Shown here one piece after another: positions 33,013-45,800 of a stretch of DNA of 64,000 nt. Numbering within the stretch: the stretch's first letter is position 1; each line of letters starts with the position of its first letter. Where the stretch lies: NCBI GenBank assembly GCA_023229465.1, contig JALNZE010000016.1:1442-65441 (forward strand). The letters are read 5' to 3'. The notes beneath the pieces were generated by a model, which was given only the letters and a program-made list of their open reading frames with translations, was not told the DNA's origin and ran no database searches. A program made the position numbers and the translations under genes. Source of the stretch: Chitinophagaceae bacterium. Lineage in GTDB: Bacteria > Bacteroidota > Bacteroidia > Chitinophagales > Chitinophagaceae.

Positions 33013-33390
33013 ATGTCGTACGAAATTGTTGGCAAACTGGTAGCTGTTTTTGATATCGTTCAACGCACAGAAACCTTTAAAACACGTGAATTTGTGATTG
33101 AGAAAACCGAAGATATTGGGGGCAGGGTAATTACCAACTTTGTTAAGTTTCAATGTGTGCAGGATAAAACCGCTATGCCCGATCGGTATGCCATTGGGGA
33201 TGAGGTAAAAGTGCAGTTCAACATCAAGGGAACCAAATGGGTGAAAGAAGGAAGAGAGAACTATATTACCAACCTTGACGCATGGCGGATGGAAACCGTT
33301 AAAATAGGACAAACCGGTAGCGGAGGCGATACCACTAATTATACGGATATGCCACCGGCAGCTGATGCGGTGGATGATTTGCCATTTTAG
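33013..33390 (+). CDS. DUF3127-like small protein
   Basis: MSYEIVGKLVAVFDIVQRTETFKTREFVIE... matches my recollection of this OB-like family. Confidence 0.6.
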   Translation: MSYEIVGKLVAVFDIVQRTETFKTREFVIEKTEDIGGRVITNFVKFQCVQDKTAMPDRYAIGDEVKVQFNIKGTKWVKEGRENYITNLDAWRMETVKIGQTGSGGDTTNYTDMPPAADAVDDLPF

Positions 33391-33437
33391 TTCTTAACCC
33401 TTCCTTCCAACTGCTTTTTAGGATAAGCCCTAACAGT

Positions 33438-35018
33438 ATGCAAAAAGATATTTCGCTAAAACTCACACCCGGTGAAGCGGCTGATGATATGGCTATCAAA
33501 CAATTGATTGCCCAGTCTCTGGGCAGCAAGGAATCAGCCATTACCGGTTTTTACCGGCTAAAACAATCGATCGATGCGCGCGGCAAACAGGTATGGATTA
33601 ATCTTTCCGTAAAAGCCTTTATGGAAGAGCCTTTTCATCAAAGAGATTTTTCTCCGGTACATTTCAGGGAAGTAAGCAAATCAAAAACCCGGGTAATTAT
33701 TATTGGCGCCGGTCCTGCCGGACTCTTTGCAGCCTTAAAATTGATGGAAGCCGGTATTCAGCCAATCGTACTGGAGAGGGGCAAAGATGTTAGGGCCCGC
33801 CGGCGCGATCTGGCCATACTTAATAAAGAAGGTATTGTTAACCCGGAAAGTAATTATTGTTTTGGTGAGGGAGGCGCCGGTACTTATAGTGATGGAAAAT
33901 TATATACCAGGAGCAGTAAGCGGGGAGATATTCAACGCATCCTGCAAATTCTTCATCAATTTGGCGCACAGGAGGGTATACTTTACGAAGCACATCCGCA
34001 TATTGGCACTAATAAATTACCAGAAATTATAACGGCTATCCGCGAACAGATCTTACAAAGCGGTGGACTATTTTTATTTAAGAAAAAAGTAATTGATTTT
34101 TTGATCAAGGATGGTACCCTGAAAGGGGTAACCACCGCGGATGGTGATACTATTTACGCGGATGCCGCTATTGTTGCTACCGGGCATTCGGCCAGGGATA
34201 TTTTTCATTTATTTGATGCAAAGAAATTACAGATAGAAGCCAAGCCCTTTGCACTGGGCGTAAGAATAGAGCATCCGCAAACCCTTATCGATTCTATACA
34301 ATACCATTGCCTGGTACGCGATGGGCATCTGCCACCCGCATCCTATGGGTTGGCAGAGCAGGTTGATGAACGGGGGGTATTCAGTTTTTGTATGTGCCCG
34401 GGTGGCATCATTGCCCCTGCTGCCACCCAGCCAAAAGAATTGGTGGTAAATGGATGGAGCCCCAGTAAACGAAACAATCCCTTTGCCAATAGTGGTATGG
34501 TGGTTCAGGTTACTGTAGCAGATGCCTTACACTATTTTGAGAAAGACAAAACCATCAAAAAAGATTCCCCCTTTCTGTTGATGCATTTTCAACAGGCTGT
34601 GGAACAATCCGCTTTTGCAGCAGGCGGGGGGCGCCTGGTAGCGCCTGCACAAAGAATGATCGATTTTTGTGAGAACAAAAATTCTACCGATCTGCCTGCC
34701 TGCAGTTATTTGCCCGGCATCAAATCAGTTGATATGGGTTCTGTTTTGCCTGGATTTATTGCCAATAGTCTGCGTAAAGGCTTTATGGCTTTTGGGAAAA
34801 AAATGAGGGGATACTATACCAATGAAGCGATTGTGGTAGCCACAGAAAGTCGAACCTCCTCACCCATTCGAATACCCAGGGATACCATTAATTTGGTACA
34901 CCCGCAGGTAAATAACCTGTATCCCTGTGGAGAAGGGGCAGGGTATGCCGGTGGTATTGTAAGCGCCGCGATGGATGGAGAAAGAGTAGCAGACAGTATT
35001 ATACAAAAATACCTATAA
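33438..35018 (+). CDS. FAD-dependent oxidoreductase (COG2509-like)
   Basis: Rossmann motif VIIIGAGPAGLFAA and the C-terminal GEGAGYAGGIVSAAMDG. Confidence 0.8.
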   Translation: MQKDISLKLTPGEAADDMAIKQLIAQSLGSKESAITGFYRLKQSIDARGKQVWINLSVKAFMEEPFHQRDFSPVHFREVSKSKTRVIIIGAGPAGLFAALKLMEAGIQPIVLERGKDVRARRRDLAILNKEGIVNPESNYCFGEGGAGTYSDGKLYTRSSKRGDIQRILQILHQFGAQEGILYEAHPHIGTNKLPEIITAIREQILQSGGLFLFKKKVIDFLIKDGTLKGVTTADGDTIYADAAIVATGHSARDIFHLFDAKKLQIEAKPFALGVRIEHPQTLIDSIQYHCLVRDGHLPPASYGLAEQVDERGVFSFCMCPGGIIAPAATQPKELVVNGWSPSKRNNPFANSGMVVQVTVADALHYFEKDKTIKKDSPFLLMHFQQAVEQSAFAAGGGRLVAPAQRMIDFCENKNSTDLPACSYLPGIKSVDMGSVLPGFIANSLRKGFMAFGKKMRGYYTNEAIVVATESRTSSPIRIPRDTINLVHPQVNNLYPCGEGAGYAGGIVSAAMDGERVADSIIQKYL

Positions 35019-35654
35019 CTGAACCAGCTCATTTTTGATGGCATATAATGCGATGCCCATTCTGGAATTTACATGTAATTTTTTAAATAGTGAATCACGG
35101 TAACCGTCAATGGTTCTCGGACTAACCCGCATTTCCTCGGCAATTTCTTTATGGCATTTTTCGGTACAGGCCCATCTAAAAAAAATAAGCTCCTGCTCAC
35201 TAAACATTATTTTAGGCATAGCTGAATCCTCTCCGTCGCCGGCTTTCATTTTTGGGGTAATCAATTCATTGTAATAAAATCCTTTGTCATACACCTGGTG
35301 CAAAGCGGCCCGCAGTTCATCCGGCTCACAATCTTTAAGCATATACCCACGGGCGCCATTCTTAAGCATCCGGATAATGATAAAATCATTCTTGATCATA
35401 CTTAAGGCAACTACTTTTATGGCCGGATGGTGTTGTTTGAGCCACCAGGCAGTTGCTACCCCATCCATAACCGGCATAGTAATATCCAGTAAAACAATAT
35501 CAGGAATAGGTTTAACTTTTAATTGATCAATTAATTCGCTCCCGTTACCTGCCTCAAGAATAATTTCAAAATCTGCCAGCATTTCAATCAATATCCCCAG
35601 GCTTTTGCGAAAAATTACATGATCATCAACCAAAGCAATTTTAATTTTCTTCAT
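35013..35654 (-). CDS. NarL/LuxR-family response regulator
   Basis: Receiver MKKIKIALVDDH...DIVLLDITMP and a LuxR HTH (HKEIAEEMRVSPRTIDGYR). The start is taken at MKKIKI (35654). Confidence 0.9.
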   Translation of the reverse strand: MKKIKIALVDDHVIFRKSLGILIEMLADFEIILEAGNGSELIDQLKVKPIPDIVLLDITMPVMDGVATAWWLKQHHPAIKVVALSMIKNDFIIIRMLKNGARGYMLKDCEPDELRAALHQVYDKGFYYNELITPKMKAGDGEDSAMPKIMFSEQELIFFRWACTEKCHKEIAEEMRVSPRTIDGYRDSLFKKLHVNSRMGIALYAIKNELVQL

Positions 35655-36453
35655 TTTGCCTGAATACAAGTTTAACAATAGTGCCCGATTCTTTGTTACT
35701 TTGGATAGTAACAACTGCCCCAATCATAGTTGCCCTTTGCCGGATACTGCTCAACCCTATACCGGGCTTAAAATCCGGATGGGTACTATCAAATCCTTTC
35801 CCATTGTCCCGCAGTATGATGTTAATATCGTCATTTTCTTTTACAATTTGCACAGACACATGGTCTGCTGCCGAATGTTTAACCACATTGTGTAATATTT
35901 CCTGCACCATCCGGTGCAGGAAAATGACCTTGCTTTTATCGATAGATAAACTATCCAGTTCAGAATTAAATGACGTAGTGAACATACCGGTTTTTTCTAA
36001 TTGTTGCAACTGGTGCTGAATAGCAACCAAAAAACCTTCTTCCACCAGCCGGTCCGCATAATACCCAGCACTCAGATCCCGTAATTCTGAAATAGCGCTG
36101 GTTACCATCGTCTTGATGGTATGTAGTTTCTCATCACTTTCATTTTCAAAAGTAAGTATGTTCAGATTAAGTTTAACGAGGCTCAGTATCTGCCCAACAT
36201 TATCATGTATTTCCTGGCTTACGGTTCTAAAAGTATGCTCCTGCATTTCCAGTTGTGCCTGCAAAAGTTCCTGTTTATATTGCGCCTCACGAATTTTTTT
36301 CTCAATCAGTATTTTTCGTTTTCTTTTCACAAAATTGATTACAACAAGAAATGTAATCAGTCCGAAAAGTAACACAAAAAAAGTGCCGATCAGGATGGCT
36401 ATGATAAAGTCCTCTTTTTCTCTTTGCATAGAATAATACTTATAGAAATACAT
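35641..36453 (-). CDS. Sensor histidine kinase (HisKA_3/NarX-like), single TM
   Basis: H-box SQEIHDNVGQ and HATPase motifs (HNVVKHS, DNGKGF, GIGL). Confidence 0.85.
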   Translation of the reverse strand: MYFYKYYSMQREKEDFIIAILIGTFFVLLFGLITFLVVINFVKRKRKILIEKKIREAQYKQELLQAQLEMQEHTFRTVSQEIHDNVGQILSLVKLNLNILTFENESDEKLHTIKTMVTSAISELRDLSAGYYADRLVEEGFLVAIQHQLQQLEKTGMFTTSFNSELDSLSIDKSKVIFLHRMVQEILHNVVKHSAADHVSVQIVKENDDINIILRDNGKGFDSTHPDFKPGIGLSSIRQRATMIGAVVTIQSNKESGTIVKLVFRQNEEN

Positions 36454-37037
36454 AAATATAATATAACGCTTAATATTCTGGTGGTTACACTATACAACTT
36501 AACCCCAAATATGGATAGGTCATTTTTGAGAATAAAATCATATAAAGACAAGGAAATACTTACGCCGGAATAGAATAAACAAACGCCTACGGCAATCCAG
36601 AAACCCGGTTCCGCAAATAACAGCGCATCATCATCATCGGCAAATCTTTCATAGAGGTATGCCAGTGAAATGGTTGCCAAAAAAAAGCCTGTAATAATGA
36701 TATTTGGAATAAAATAGGAAAAGTCTTTCCCGTAGAAAATAAAGCAGATAAAATAGCCGGCAACACTTACGGGAATAAAAAATAAAATCAGTTTTTTTAA
36801 GAGCCTCTTACGGGTTAACTGATAAAAAATATACCCATAAAAAACAGATTCAAGAATTCCAATCAGGTAATTAACAATCACGGTTATATTTAAAAAATTT
36901 TCAACTAATTCTCCAATAAAAACAAATCCCAGGAATGGCAGGAACCATTTCATGAAAGATTTTTTCAGGCAGGGGTAATAGTAAATGGCGACTATAAAGC
37001 CAAGTAATTCAAACAGGTTATGAATATAAGTTAGCAT
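36399..37037 (-). CDS. Polytopic membrane protein upstream of the kinase
   Basis: About 6 hydrophobic segments. Overlaps the kinase ORF start. Confidence 0.6.
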   Translation of the reverse strand: MLTYIHNLFELLGFIVAIYYYPCLKKSFMKWFLPFLGFVFIGELVENFLNITVIVNYLIGILESVFYGYIFYQLTRKRLLKKLILFFIPVSVAGYFICFIFYGKDFSYFIPNIIITGFFLATISLAYLYERFADDDDALLFAEPGFWIAVGVCLFYSGVSISLSLYDFILKNDLSIFGVKLYSVTTRILSVILYLCISISIILCKEKKRTLS

Positions 37038-37522
37038 GGATCGTTCTTCAGAACAGTTTTTGTATTAATAAATAGCATGGGCCATTTCTCCATCCAGTTC
37101 CGAAAATAAAAAAACGATTGCTAACCAGCAACCGTTTTTACACCCTATTTTTAAGAACCTGAAAATAGTATTCTCCTTCTTTATTTTCCGTCTTTTTAGA
37201 AAGTAACTGCTTGTTTTCCAGTAGTTTATTCTCTTTACATGCGGTCAGTTCATTGATTAACCGGGCCTGTTCCGCATCGTTCCAGTTGGGGTAAGGAAAC
37301 CCCAACCTCCCAAGCTTACCGGCATTATTACCCAACCAATCGTTACTGAACAATGCCTGATAAACCCCCTTTTAGTGCATTTTTATACATGAAAGGCAAA
37401 TCTATCCATTTCGTTGGCCCCGTTTGTACTAAACAGGTGAATACGACCACTCATTTACCGGCACTAAAAAATATTACCCCGAAATCAGCCGGTAACTTAC
37501 ATTTGATAACAACCTTAGCCTT

Positions 37523-38461
37523 ATGAGTACCATTCTTGCACTGCAGAACCTGAAAAAATATTATGCCACCCAGAAAGCGGTGGATGATATCAGTTTTTCC
37601 ATCAACCAGGGCAGTATTTTTGGTTTACTGGGCCCTAACGGCGCCGGCAAAACCACTTTGCTGCGCATGATTACCGGCATATTTTACCCGGATAGCGGTC
37701 ATATCCAGTTTGATGGTAAAACTTTTGATCCCTCCAACGATATTGTAAAGATTGGCTATATGCCCGAGGAGCGGGGCCTGTATAAAAAAATGAAGATTGG
37801 CGAGCAGGCATTATACCTGGCACAACTAAAAGGGTTGAGCAGGAGCGATGCCATGGCAAAGATTAAATTCTGGTTCCATCGACTGGAAATGGAAAGCTGG
37901 TGGAACAAGAAAGTAGAGGACCTGAGTAAGGGTATGAGCCAGAAACTCCAGTTTGTGATCACTGTATTACATGAACCTAAGCTGATTATTCTGGATGAAC
38001 CCTTTAGCGGACTGGACCCGTTGAATGCCAGCCTGATTAAGGATGAAATTTATGGCCTTGCCCAGAGAGGCAGCACCATTATCTTCAGTACACACCGCAT
38101 GGAACAGGTAGAAGAGATCTGTGACCATATTGTGCTGATGAACCTCGGGCAAAAAGTATTAGACGGCACGGTTGCCGATATTAAACAACAATTCAAGGAA
38201 AACAAATTCGGCATCAGGCTTAGCGAGGTACCTGCCAACCTTAATAGCCCTTTCTTTGACATTGCCGATCAAAAAGCGAATGTGTTAACGGTTAGAATTA
38301 AAGATGGTTACCGGAGTAATGATGTGTTGCAATATTTTTTACAACAAAACCTGAACATAGAATCGTTCAATGAAATATTACCATCACTCAATGAAATATT
38401 TATCAACCTGGTAGAAGGCACAAAAGCCACTACCAGGGCCTTTCAGCCGGTAAACGATTAA
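37523..38461 (+). CDS. ABC transporter ATP-binding protein (ABC-2 type)
   Basis: Walker A GPNGAGKTT, signature LSKGMSQK, Walker B LIILDEP. Confidence 0.9.
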   Translation: MSTILALQNLKKYYATQKAVDDISFSINQGSIFGLLGPNGAGKTTLLRMITGIFYPDSGHIQFDGKTFDPSNDIVKIGYMPEERGLYKKMKIGEQALYLAQLKGLSRSDAMAKIKFWFHRLEMESWWNKKVEDLSKGMSQKLQFVITVLHEPKLIILDEPFSGLDPLNASLIKDEIYGLAQRGSTIIFSTHRMEQVEEICDHIVLMNLGQKVLDGTVADIKQQFKENKFGIRLSEVPANLNSPFFDIADQKANVLTVRIKDGYRSNDVLQYFLQQNLNIESFNEILPSLNEIFINLVEGTKATTRAFQPVND

Positions 38462-38498
38462 TCAACCGAACACCCAAATTACTATCAAACTGTTTTTT

Positions 38499-39839
38499 AT
38501 GAATAAGACTTTACTAATCATACAAAGAGAATACCTGTCGAGGGTAAAAAATAAAAGATTCCTGCTTACCACACTATTGATGCCCATTCTAATTGTTGTG
38601 CTCATCGCGGGTATTACTTTTTTATCTATCAAGGGAAAAGACGAACATAAAATAGCCGTAATAGATAATAATGGATTTTTTAAAGAGAATCTTAAAAATG
38701 CAAACGAAGTATTATTCGAGTTTCCTGAAGGAGTGGATACTTCGAACTACCTGAAAAAGGGATATACAGATATTATCCTGATTCCAAAATTTGATGGCAC
38801 TGAAAAAACGAATTATTTGATCCGTTCCAAAAAACGGATCAGCATTATTACAGAAAGTATTATAGCCGAAAAGATTAACGCGGCTATTGAGGACAAAATG
38901 TTGCAGAATGCCGGTATCGATAAATTGCAATTGGATTCTATCCATAACCAATCACAATTTGCCGAATTAAAGGCGGTAGAAGAGAATGAGAGTGGTGGCA
39001 ATACGAAAGAAAGCAATGCGGCCCTGTCCTATGGCATTGGTTTTGGCAGTGGCATGCTTATTTATATTACGATGTTTATTTATGGCGCCATGGTTATGCG
39101 TGGCGTAACGGAAGAAAAGACCAACCGTATTGCCGAGGTAATGGTAAGCAGCGTAAAACCTTTTCAACTCATGTCGGGCAAGATCATTGGCATTGGGGCG
39201 GTTGGGTTAACGCAATTTTTGATGTGGATCATATTGATTATCGGGCTTTCTGCTGTGGCACAGGCATTCATACCGCATGATGTGATGGAACAGGTAAAAA
39301 ATTTACAGCAGGCCAATGGCCAATTACCAGGTGGATCCGCCATGAAAGCCGGAGATGCGGCACAGCAGATATATAAAGTGCAGCACACCATCAGTACTGC
39401 CAACTGGCCCTTAATCATTGGCCTTTTTATTTTTTATTTTCTGGGGGGCTATTTATTTTATGCGGCATTATTTGCCGCGGTAGGTAGCGTGGTTAGCGAT
39501 GATCCGCAGGATGCACAGAGTTTGATGTTACCCATTACTATGCCCATTGTATTTTCATTCATCATCATGACCAATGCCGTGCAGGATCCCAGCACACCCA
39601 TGGCTGTTTGGGCCAGTATCATACCCTTTAGTTCACCGATGGTAATGATGGCAAGAATCGCTTATGGCATTCCCGGCACCGTTCCATACTGGCAACTGGC
39701 AGCCAGCATGCTTTCATTGGTTGGCGGACTTGTTTTCACTACCTGGTTAAGCGGAAAAATTTACCGGACAGGAATACTCATGTATGGCAAGAAAGTAAAC
39801 TGGAAAGAAATGGGGAAATGGCTGATGAGAAAAAACTAG
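38499..39839 (+). CDS. ABC-2 family permease (NatB-like)
   Basis: N-terminal TM segment, large loop, then a C-terminal cluster of ~5 TM segments. Follows the ATPase gene. Confidence 0.8.
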   Translation: MNKTLLIIQREYLSRVKNKRFLLTTLLMPILIVVLIAGITFLSIKGKDEHKIAVIDNNGFFKENLKNANEVLFEFPEGVDTSNYLKKGYTDIILIPKFDGTEKTNYLIRSKKRISIITESIIAEKINAAIEDKMLQNAGIDKLQLDSIHNQSQFAELKAVEENESGGNTKESNAALSYGIGFGSGMLIYITMFIYGAMVMRGVTEEKTNRIAEVMVSSVKPFQLMSGKIIGIGAVGLTQFLMWIILIIGLSAVAQAFIPHDVMEQVKNLQQANGQLPGGSAMKAGDAAQQIYKVQHTISTANWPLIIGLFIFYFLGGYLFYAALFAAVGSVVSDDPQDAQSLMLPITMPIVFSFIIMTNAVQDPSTPMAVWASIIPFSSPMVMMARIAYGIPGTVPYWQLAASMLSLVGGLVFTTWLSGKIYRTGILMYGKKVNWKEMGKWLMRKN

Positions 39840-39843
39840 AGAA

Positions 39844-42800
39844 CTACTGTGCCAGTGAAATTCTGATGTTTACCCCTGCCCTGGTGTTGGTAATCGGCGC
39901 CGAAGTGGATATATACGGTATCACTTTTCGCTGATCAAAGAAGAATTTAATATTGATCCGGTTATTGATCACATAATCTATGGATGGCTGGATAGATATA
40001 TCTTTTTGTCCGCCGGTTCCATAAGCATTCGACTGGTCAAGGCGGCTATTGCTGTTCGACACATCACGTACCGACACATCAAGTCTCATGGTAAGATCAT
40101 TCTGTAATTTCTTTCCCTTTCCACCAGGCAGTGTAAAAGGCAGGTTAACGCCTTTCTTTCTGAACCCAATACCAAATACCCAGTCTGTACTCCTGCCCTC
40201 ACTTAACTGGTAATCAATCAAACTTAAGCTGAGAGTACGGCTTTTACGGTATTCGAATTTCAGGTTGAGTTGATCAACTGTTGTTACATCAATCCCTATC
40301 AAGGGTTCAAACCCTTCTTTAACCGTAATATTCGGCACCAGGAAATAAGGAATATAGTTACCACTAACGGTATCGATAAAGCCGGGGGCGCTAAACCTAA
40401 ACGGATCCTGGTACAGTAAGGCACTGTTAAAACTATTCATACTCAGCGTACCATTGTACCCATGGGTAATAATGATATTACTGAATATAGCAGCCATGGC
40501 TGGTGAACTGCTTAACCCTGTGTAGGTAAATTTCCAGTTAGGTCTTGGCAGAATACCTGCAAAAGGATTTGAGCTGATTTTGGTATTGGATTGTTTGATC
40601 AAAGCAATGTTATTAGGATCCTTACCTGTATAGGCTGCAATAAAAGCCGGCAGCAATACATCCTGCGCATAACGTCCATACCCCCTGGCAAAACCATCCG
40701 CAGAAAATTTTTGTCCGGCGGGCAATGTCTGCCAATAAGGGTTCTGCTCCGCAACCCGCTTAGAAACAATGAGCCTGTTATCCTGGAATGTTTGGAAGGT
40801 TGCAGATAATTCATTCGGATTATGCTTGCCAAACAGGGTATTAAAAGCAATGTAAGAAACGCTGAACCCTCCACTGGATAAGGGGTTCAGGTGATTAAGT
40901 CCGGAGCGCCCCGTAGTATCTTTAAAAATTTCGGAGTATTCTTTGGTGAATGATTTATCAAGGTGCAGGTCAATGGTAAATTCCCTGATGGGCTCTAACT
41001 GCGCGGTAATACTAAACCGCTGTTCAAAAGATTGTCTGAAAAGGAAATTGAAGGTGCTGTCGCGGGTAATCAATCCGGCCGATGCTTTTTTATTCAGCCA
41101 CCCTGTATCCGGTTGTTTTCCAAAAACATAATCCAGGCCAGGGGCCATCGTACCCCAGTTCTGTCCAAGATATTGCGTACTGTCCATATACCCCGGTACC
41201 CGGCTTCTGTAATTTTCTGCATATTGAACATTCACATTTCGAACCATGGTCATTAATTTACCGGCAGCCCTGGTAAATCCTCCTAACTGAAGTGGTTCAT
41301 TTGCCTTTGCTAATCTTTCGGCAATACGGGCATCCCTTTTTTGCATGCGCCATTTAGTAAGCGCCTCTTTTCTTTTTTTACCTTTTAATCCTTTTACCAC
41401 TTCAGCTTTACTAAGGATAGTTGTTCCTAAGGCATTTTTATTCTTAGCATCTTTTACATCAACCGGGTTAGTAGCATTTGCTTTGGGTTTAGGAACGGGA
41501 ATATCATCCAAAGCCCGCAGCCACTTGGATTTTGCATATAAAGTAGCAAAGTTAAATTGCGCGTTAAGATTATTTTCCTGGGAATTTTCTATGGTATTAC
41601 CCAGGTTAATGGCTATACGGCTTGCACCCACCCAGTTATAAGAAGTACCATAACTGAAACGGGCATTGATCCAATCTGTTAATGGAAATTTATTGAAAGG
41701 TATATTGTAATTGAGCGTTACTTTTTGTTGGTATACCGTGTTACGCCCGCCTTTCAAAAAATTTTCCTGAACAGTATCTTTTTTAGCTTTGGTATCAATC
41801 CTGCCAAAAGGCTCATCAACTCTTGCATTATTGGTAGCATTGAAATCCAGGTTCAGGGAACGGGAAAGATCCCAGCGCATACCATAAAAACGATCGAAGG
41901 TAAAATACTTATCATAGGTAGTATCTACCCGTTCCACTCTGCTGTCTGCGGTATTTACAATTCTTGGAATGAACTCACCAAACTGCCGGTTAATATCAGC
42001 CCTGAAACTCAGGTAAGAAGGCTTCAGGTTAAAATTAAAATCCCTGAAAAGGGCCAACCAGGGTGTTCGTGTTTTGATGAAATTTTTAAAGGGTTCAATG
42101 TATGTATTCTGTCCTGCAAACGTGTACCCCAATCCACCCCGTTGTTTGGTTACTTTATTTTGTAATACCAGCGGACTGGTTTGTGATATTTGAGAATAGG
42201 CATAGCTAAAATCAAAATTGCTCAACCGCAATAAACCTGGTTTATTACTACCTGCCAATACCCTTACATTGGTAAAGTTGATGGTCTTAATAGTAGTTTG
42301 ATCTACGGCCGCATTGCGGATAGAATCTCTTTTTTCTTTTGGTGAGGCATTCAGTTTCTCTTTGTATTTAACATCCATATCGTATGGATCGAATTGCGGT
42401 GTTAGCATGGTTTTATTAATACTGGCATAAACCGGCAGGGATAACCTGGCATTCCTGGGCAATAACTTACCGGCATCAATGGTTGCGGCGGCATCAAACT
42501 GAACAAGGTTATCTTTTACCCTTTCATTCACGCGCTGTTCAATGGTTCCAAATCCCTGTGTATGTGTATTGGCAGAAACAGAAATCGAACCAAGGTCTGC
42601 AAGTGTCAGGTCTACCCTGCCCAATGCGGCCCATCCGCCATTTTCATCCAGTTGTGATAAGCGCAGTTCATTCACCCAAACTTCTGTATTGATGATGGCT
42701 CCATCCGGCTTCCATGGGTTTTCTATCGCTACCATGATGCCTCTCACTTCTCCAAGATTAGGATTTCCCAGAATGGATACTGTTTTATTATCCAGTACCG

Positions 42801-45800
42801 ACCGGTAAATAGCTGAAATGGGGGCGCCTGAATTATTTCTTTTCAGTTTAAGATCAATCAGGGAACGCAAACTGAAATCCAGGTTGTTTTCTGTGGGCCA
42901 TACTTTATCTTCCTGCCCCCGGACATACCTGCCCGGCGCCGTGATCTTTAATGGAATTTTGATTTCATAGTAGTTATTCAGGAAGTCTTGTCCAATCCTG
43001 ACTATCGCGTACATTTCATTATCCTTCAACGGTCGCTCACCCGTTATGGATTCGGCATGCAGGTACATAGATAATTTACCATATTGCCTGATATCCAGGT
43101 TGAGTGTTTTAAAAACACCTCTTGCATCACCACTGTACAGGTTTTTAATTTTTAAGCTCATCGCCTGCTCATTTTGTTGCAGGTTAACGCCATTATTACT
43201 CAATAACTGTACCCGTTCCACACCGGGGGGCATAATATAATTAACCGGTTGCCGGCTGCTGTTTTCTTCCAGGCTAACCGCCAGTGTATTCAAAACAGTG
43301 CCGCCGGTATTATTGATGGGTGTGTATGATCCTGTGGTATCAATGTTATAAGCAAACTGCCTCCATTGGTTTCTTACCAGGTCCAGCCTGGCCAAACGCA
43401 ATACAACAGAATCTTCGAAATCCGTTAAATACATTCTTGCGAAACGGATAGATTTAAAATCCGGAATGCTGCCAATTTTTTTTGAATAGCCCCTAACAGG
43501 AACACGGAATAAAAACCAGTCTTCTGTTCTTCTAATACCATCCGGTGAGTTAACGGCTATTTTTCTTTTATCAGTGATATAAGGCGTTACACCCACATCC
43601 ATTCCGGGTTTTAGCTGTATCTCATATTCATAATAGGTTTCAGATTCGTTCAATGTATTATCGCGGTTCAAGTCTTCATTATCCGGATACAAAGTAGCAG
43701 CGGACGTAAACTGGCCCCCTGTTGCAGCAAGGGGAGAATTGCCCTGCGGGTTATTAAAATTTTTATACCTGCCCAGTATACCGGTGCCTGATCCATCAAA
43801 CACAGGATCGCGGTACCATTTATAATTATCATTAGACGGGTCGGCCAATGCTTTTTGATACAGCGGAGAACCGGCGCCAAAATTAGCGGCCAGTTTATCC
43901 AGTACATATCCCTTTTTTCTCCGTTCAGCGGCATCATCCAGGCCATCAAACCCAACATCCTGGTACGGCCTGTCATCGGGGTTATTACTAAATGCCTGCG
44001 TAATCTGTATCGGGTTCACCGGTGTTTTTCCCCAGGTATTGGTACTGTCTACCGCGGCAGGAATAGAGGGTGTATTCATCCCATTCTCATAAAAACGTCT
44101 TCCGTCTTTTAAAATATCTTCGCTTGTATTACCCAGGTTCAGGTACAGTTTTCCACCATTGCTGGCAGGATTTTTTATAAATGGATCCTGTATCCAAAAT
44201 TCTATATACTCAATATTGCCCGTTTCAAAATCTGTCTGATCAATAGAACGCATCAGACCACCCCAGCGACTTGCGGGCCTTGTTAATTTTCCATTGGCAT
44301 CCATTTCTGTTTTGCGTGATTCAAAATTATAGGGACCTCTTTCTGTTGGATAATAGGCGAGATCGAAAGTGGATGTTTGTACATCTGTAATATTCGTGGT
44401 ACGCTGTGGAAATATTTCATTGGTAAAAACCTGTCTCACCCGCGGATCGCTTAATTCTGCCAGGTTTCTGCGTAGCGGATTGTTCGGGCTGTTCCTGTCC
44501 TGCAGGTTGGGTTCAATATTATACCAGGCCAGTTTGGCGCGGTTGAAATTATAGTCGATAGAATCGGTAAGGCTTGCTTCCGGAAATTTAGGGTTACCCT
44601 GGGGGGTAGAAGCCAATGCCCAGGCAACCAGCGGAAACCGCAGATCAATGCTGGTTCTGGTTCCCTCAAAATCATCTAAAAAGATCAGGCCCTGATCGCC
44701 GGCTCCAATCTGTGAGGGATGGCCGGGTTTAAGTACGGCAGCTTCACCATAGGCGGTTATAGACGACCTGGCCCTTGTTGAATAGAAAGGCAATTTATCA
44801 AGTAAACGGGTAAGGCCGGGCAGTTCCGACTGATACCTGAAATCAAGGCCATACATGGTATTTTTAATGGGGTCATCACCATAGGCCATTTTAGTAAAGA
44901 AGGGCCGCTCTGATAAACGAACCATTGACGCGCCCAGGGATAATTTTCTACTGGCCAGGTAATCAACCCGTAAACCCGTAAAATTTCTTTGCTGAATGCC
45001 AAAGCCCGCATTGTTTTCGAAGGATACTTTTACGGGCACATTGGAGCTGAGAATACCGGCATTTAATATTTTAACCGACCCCAGGTTATAATCAATCGTA
45101 TAGTCTACCCCTTCCCGCAAAACCTGTCCGCCCGCGGTTACCGAAACGGAACCCGGTGGAATATTAAATGCATTCAGGTTTATTTCAGAACCGCCCGCAC
45201 TGCCTTTTACCTGCCCCTGCATTACAAAGCGGTTCAGGTTGGCATAGGTTTGCGCGATGGCTTTGATAGAATCGTACAACTGGTAATACACATATTTTTT
45301 GCGCATGGCAAGTGGTTGCCCTGCAAAAGCAAGTGTATCCAGGTCACGCCCAAAGGGCTCGAGTACCGGAAAAATTACCCGGCCCATCTGCGATAAGATG
45401 GTGAAGCCTTCTATATAATCAAATACCCCATCCGGCTGCGGATCATTCCGGTTATTCAGCCTGTCGAGATTTAATATTCGCAATAACGATTTTCCATCCG
45501 CGGAGGGAGCCGTTTCCGGCAAATATCTTTTCAGTCCGCCGCTGGGTTCTTCATACAAAACATTCAGTTTAAAATCATCTTTCTGTATACCGCCAAACAG
45601 GTCCAGGGAATATACGTTTTTCATCATCCAGCCCCAGGTGGGCAGTTCAACCCTTTGAGAAGTGGCTTTTAATAATTTCAGGAACAATACTTTCTGAACG
45701 CCCCTGGTCGAATCCAGTGCCACATCCTGCGAAAATTCACCTACCTGGTAAACCCTGCCATTGTATGTGTACTGATAGGCCACAGCCAATACCTCATCTG

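Noticed and set aside
36399-36453. The overlap between the polytopic membrane ORF and the histidine kinase ORF, considered as a frameshifted single sensor kinase.
   Set aside because: The kinase has its own plausible start (MQREKEDF) and its own TM segment. Short single-TM HisKA_3 kinases are common. I saw no homopolymer or frame-continuity evidence of a frameshift.
37138-37353. A 71-aa ORF between the membrane protein and the ABC transporter.
   Set aside because: There is no motif, the start is uncertain, and it could be non-coding. I left it unannotated.
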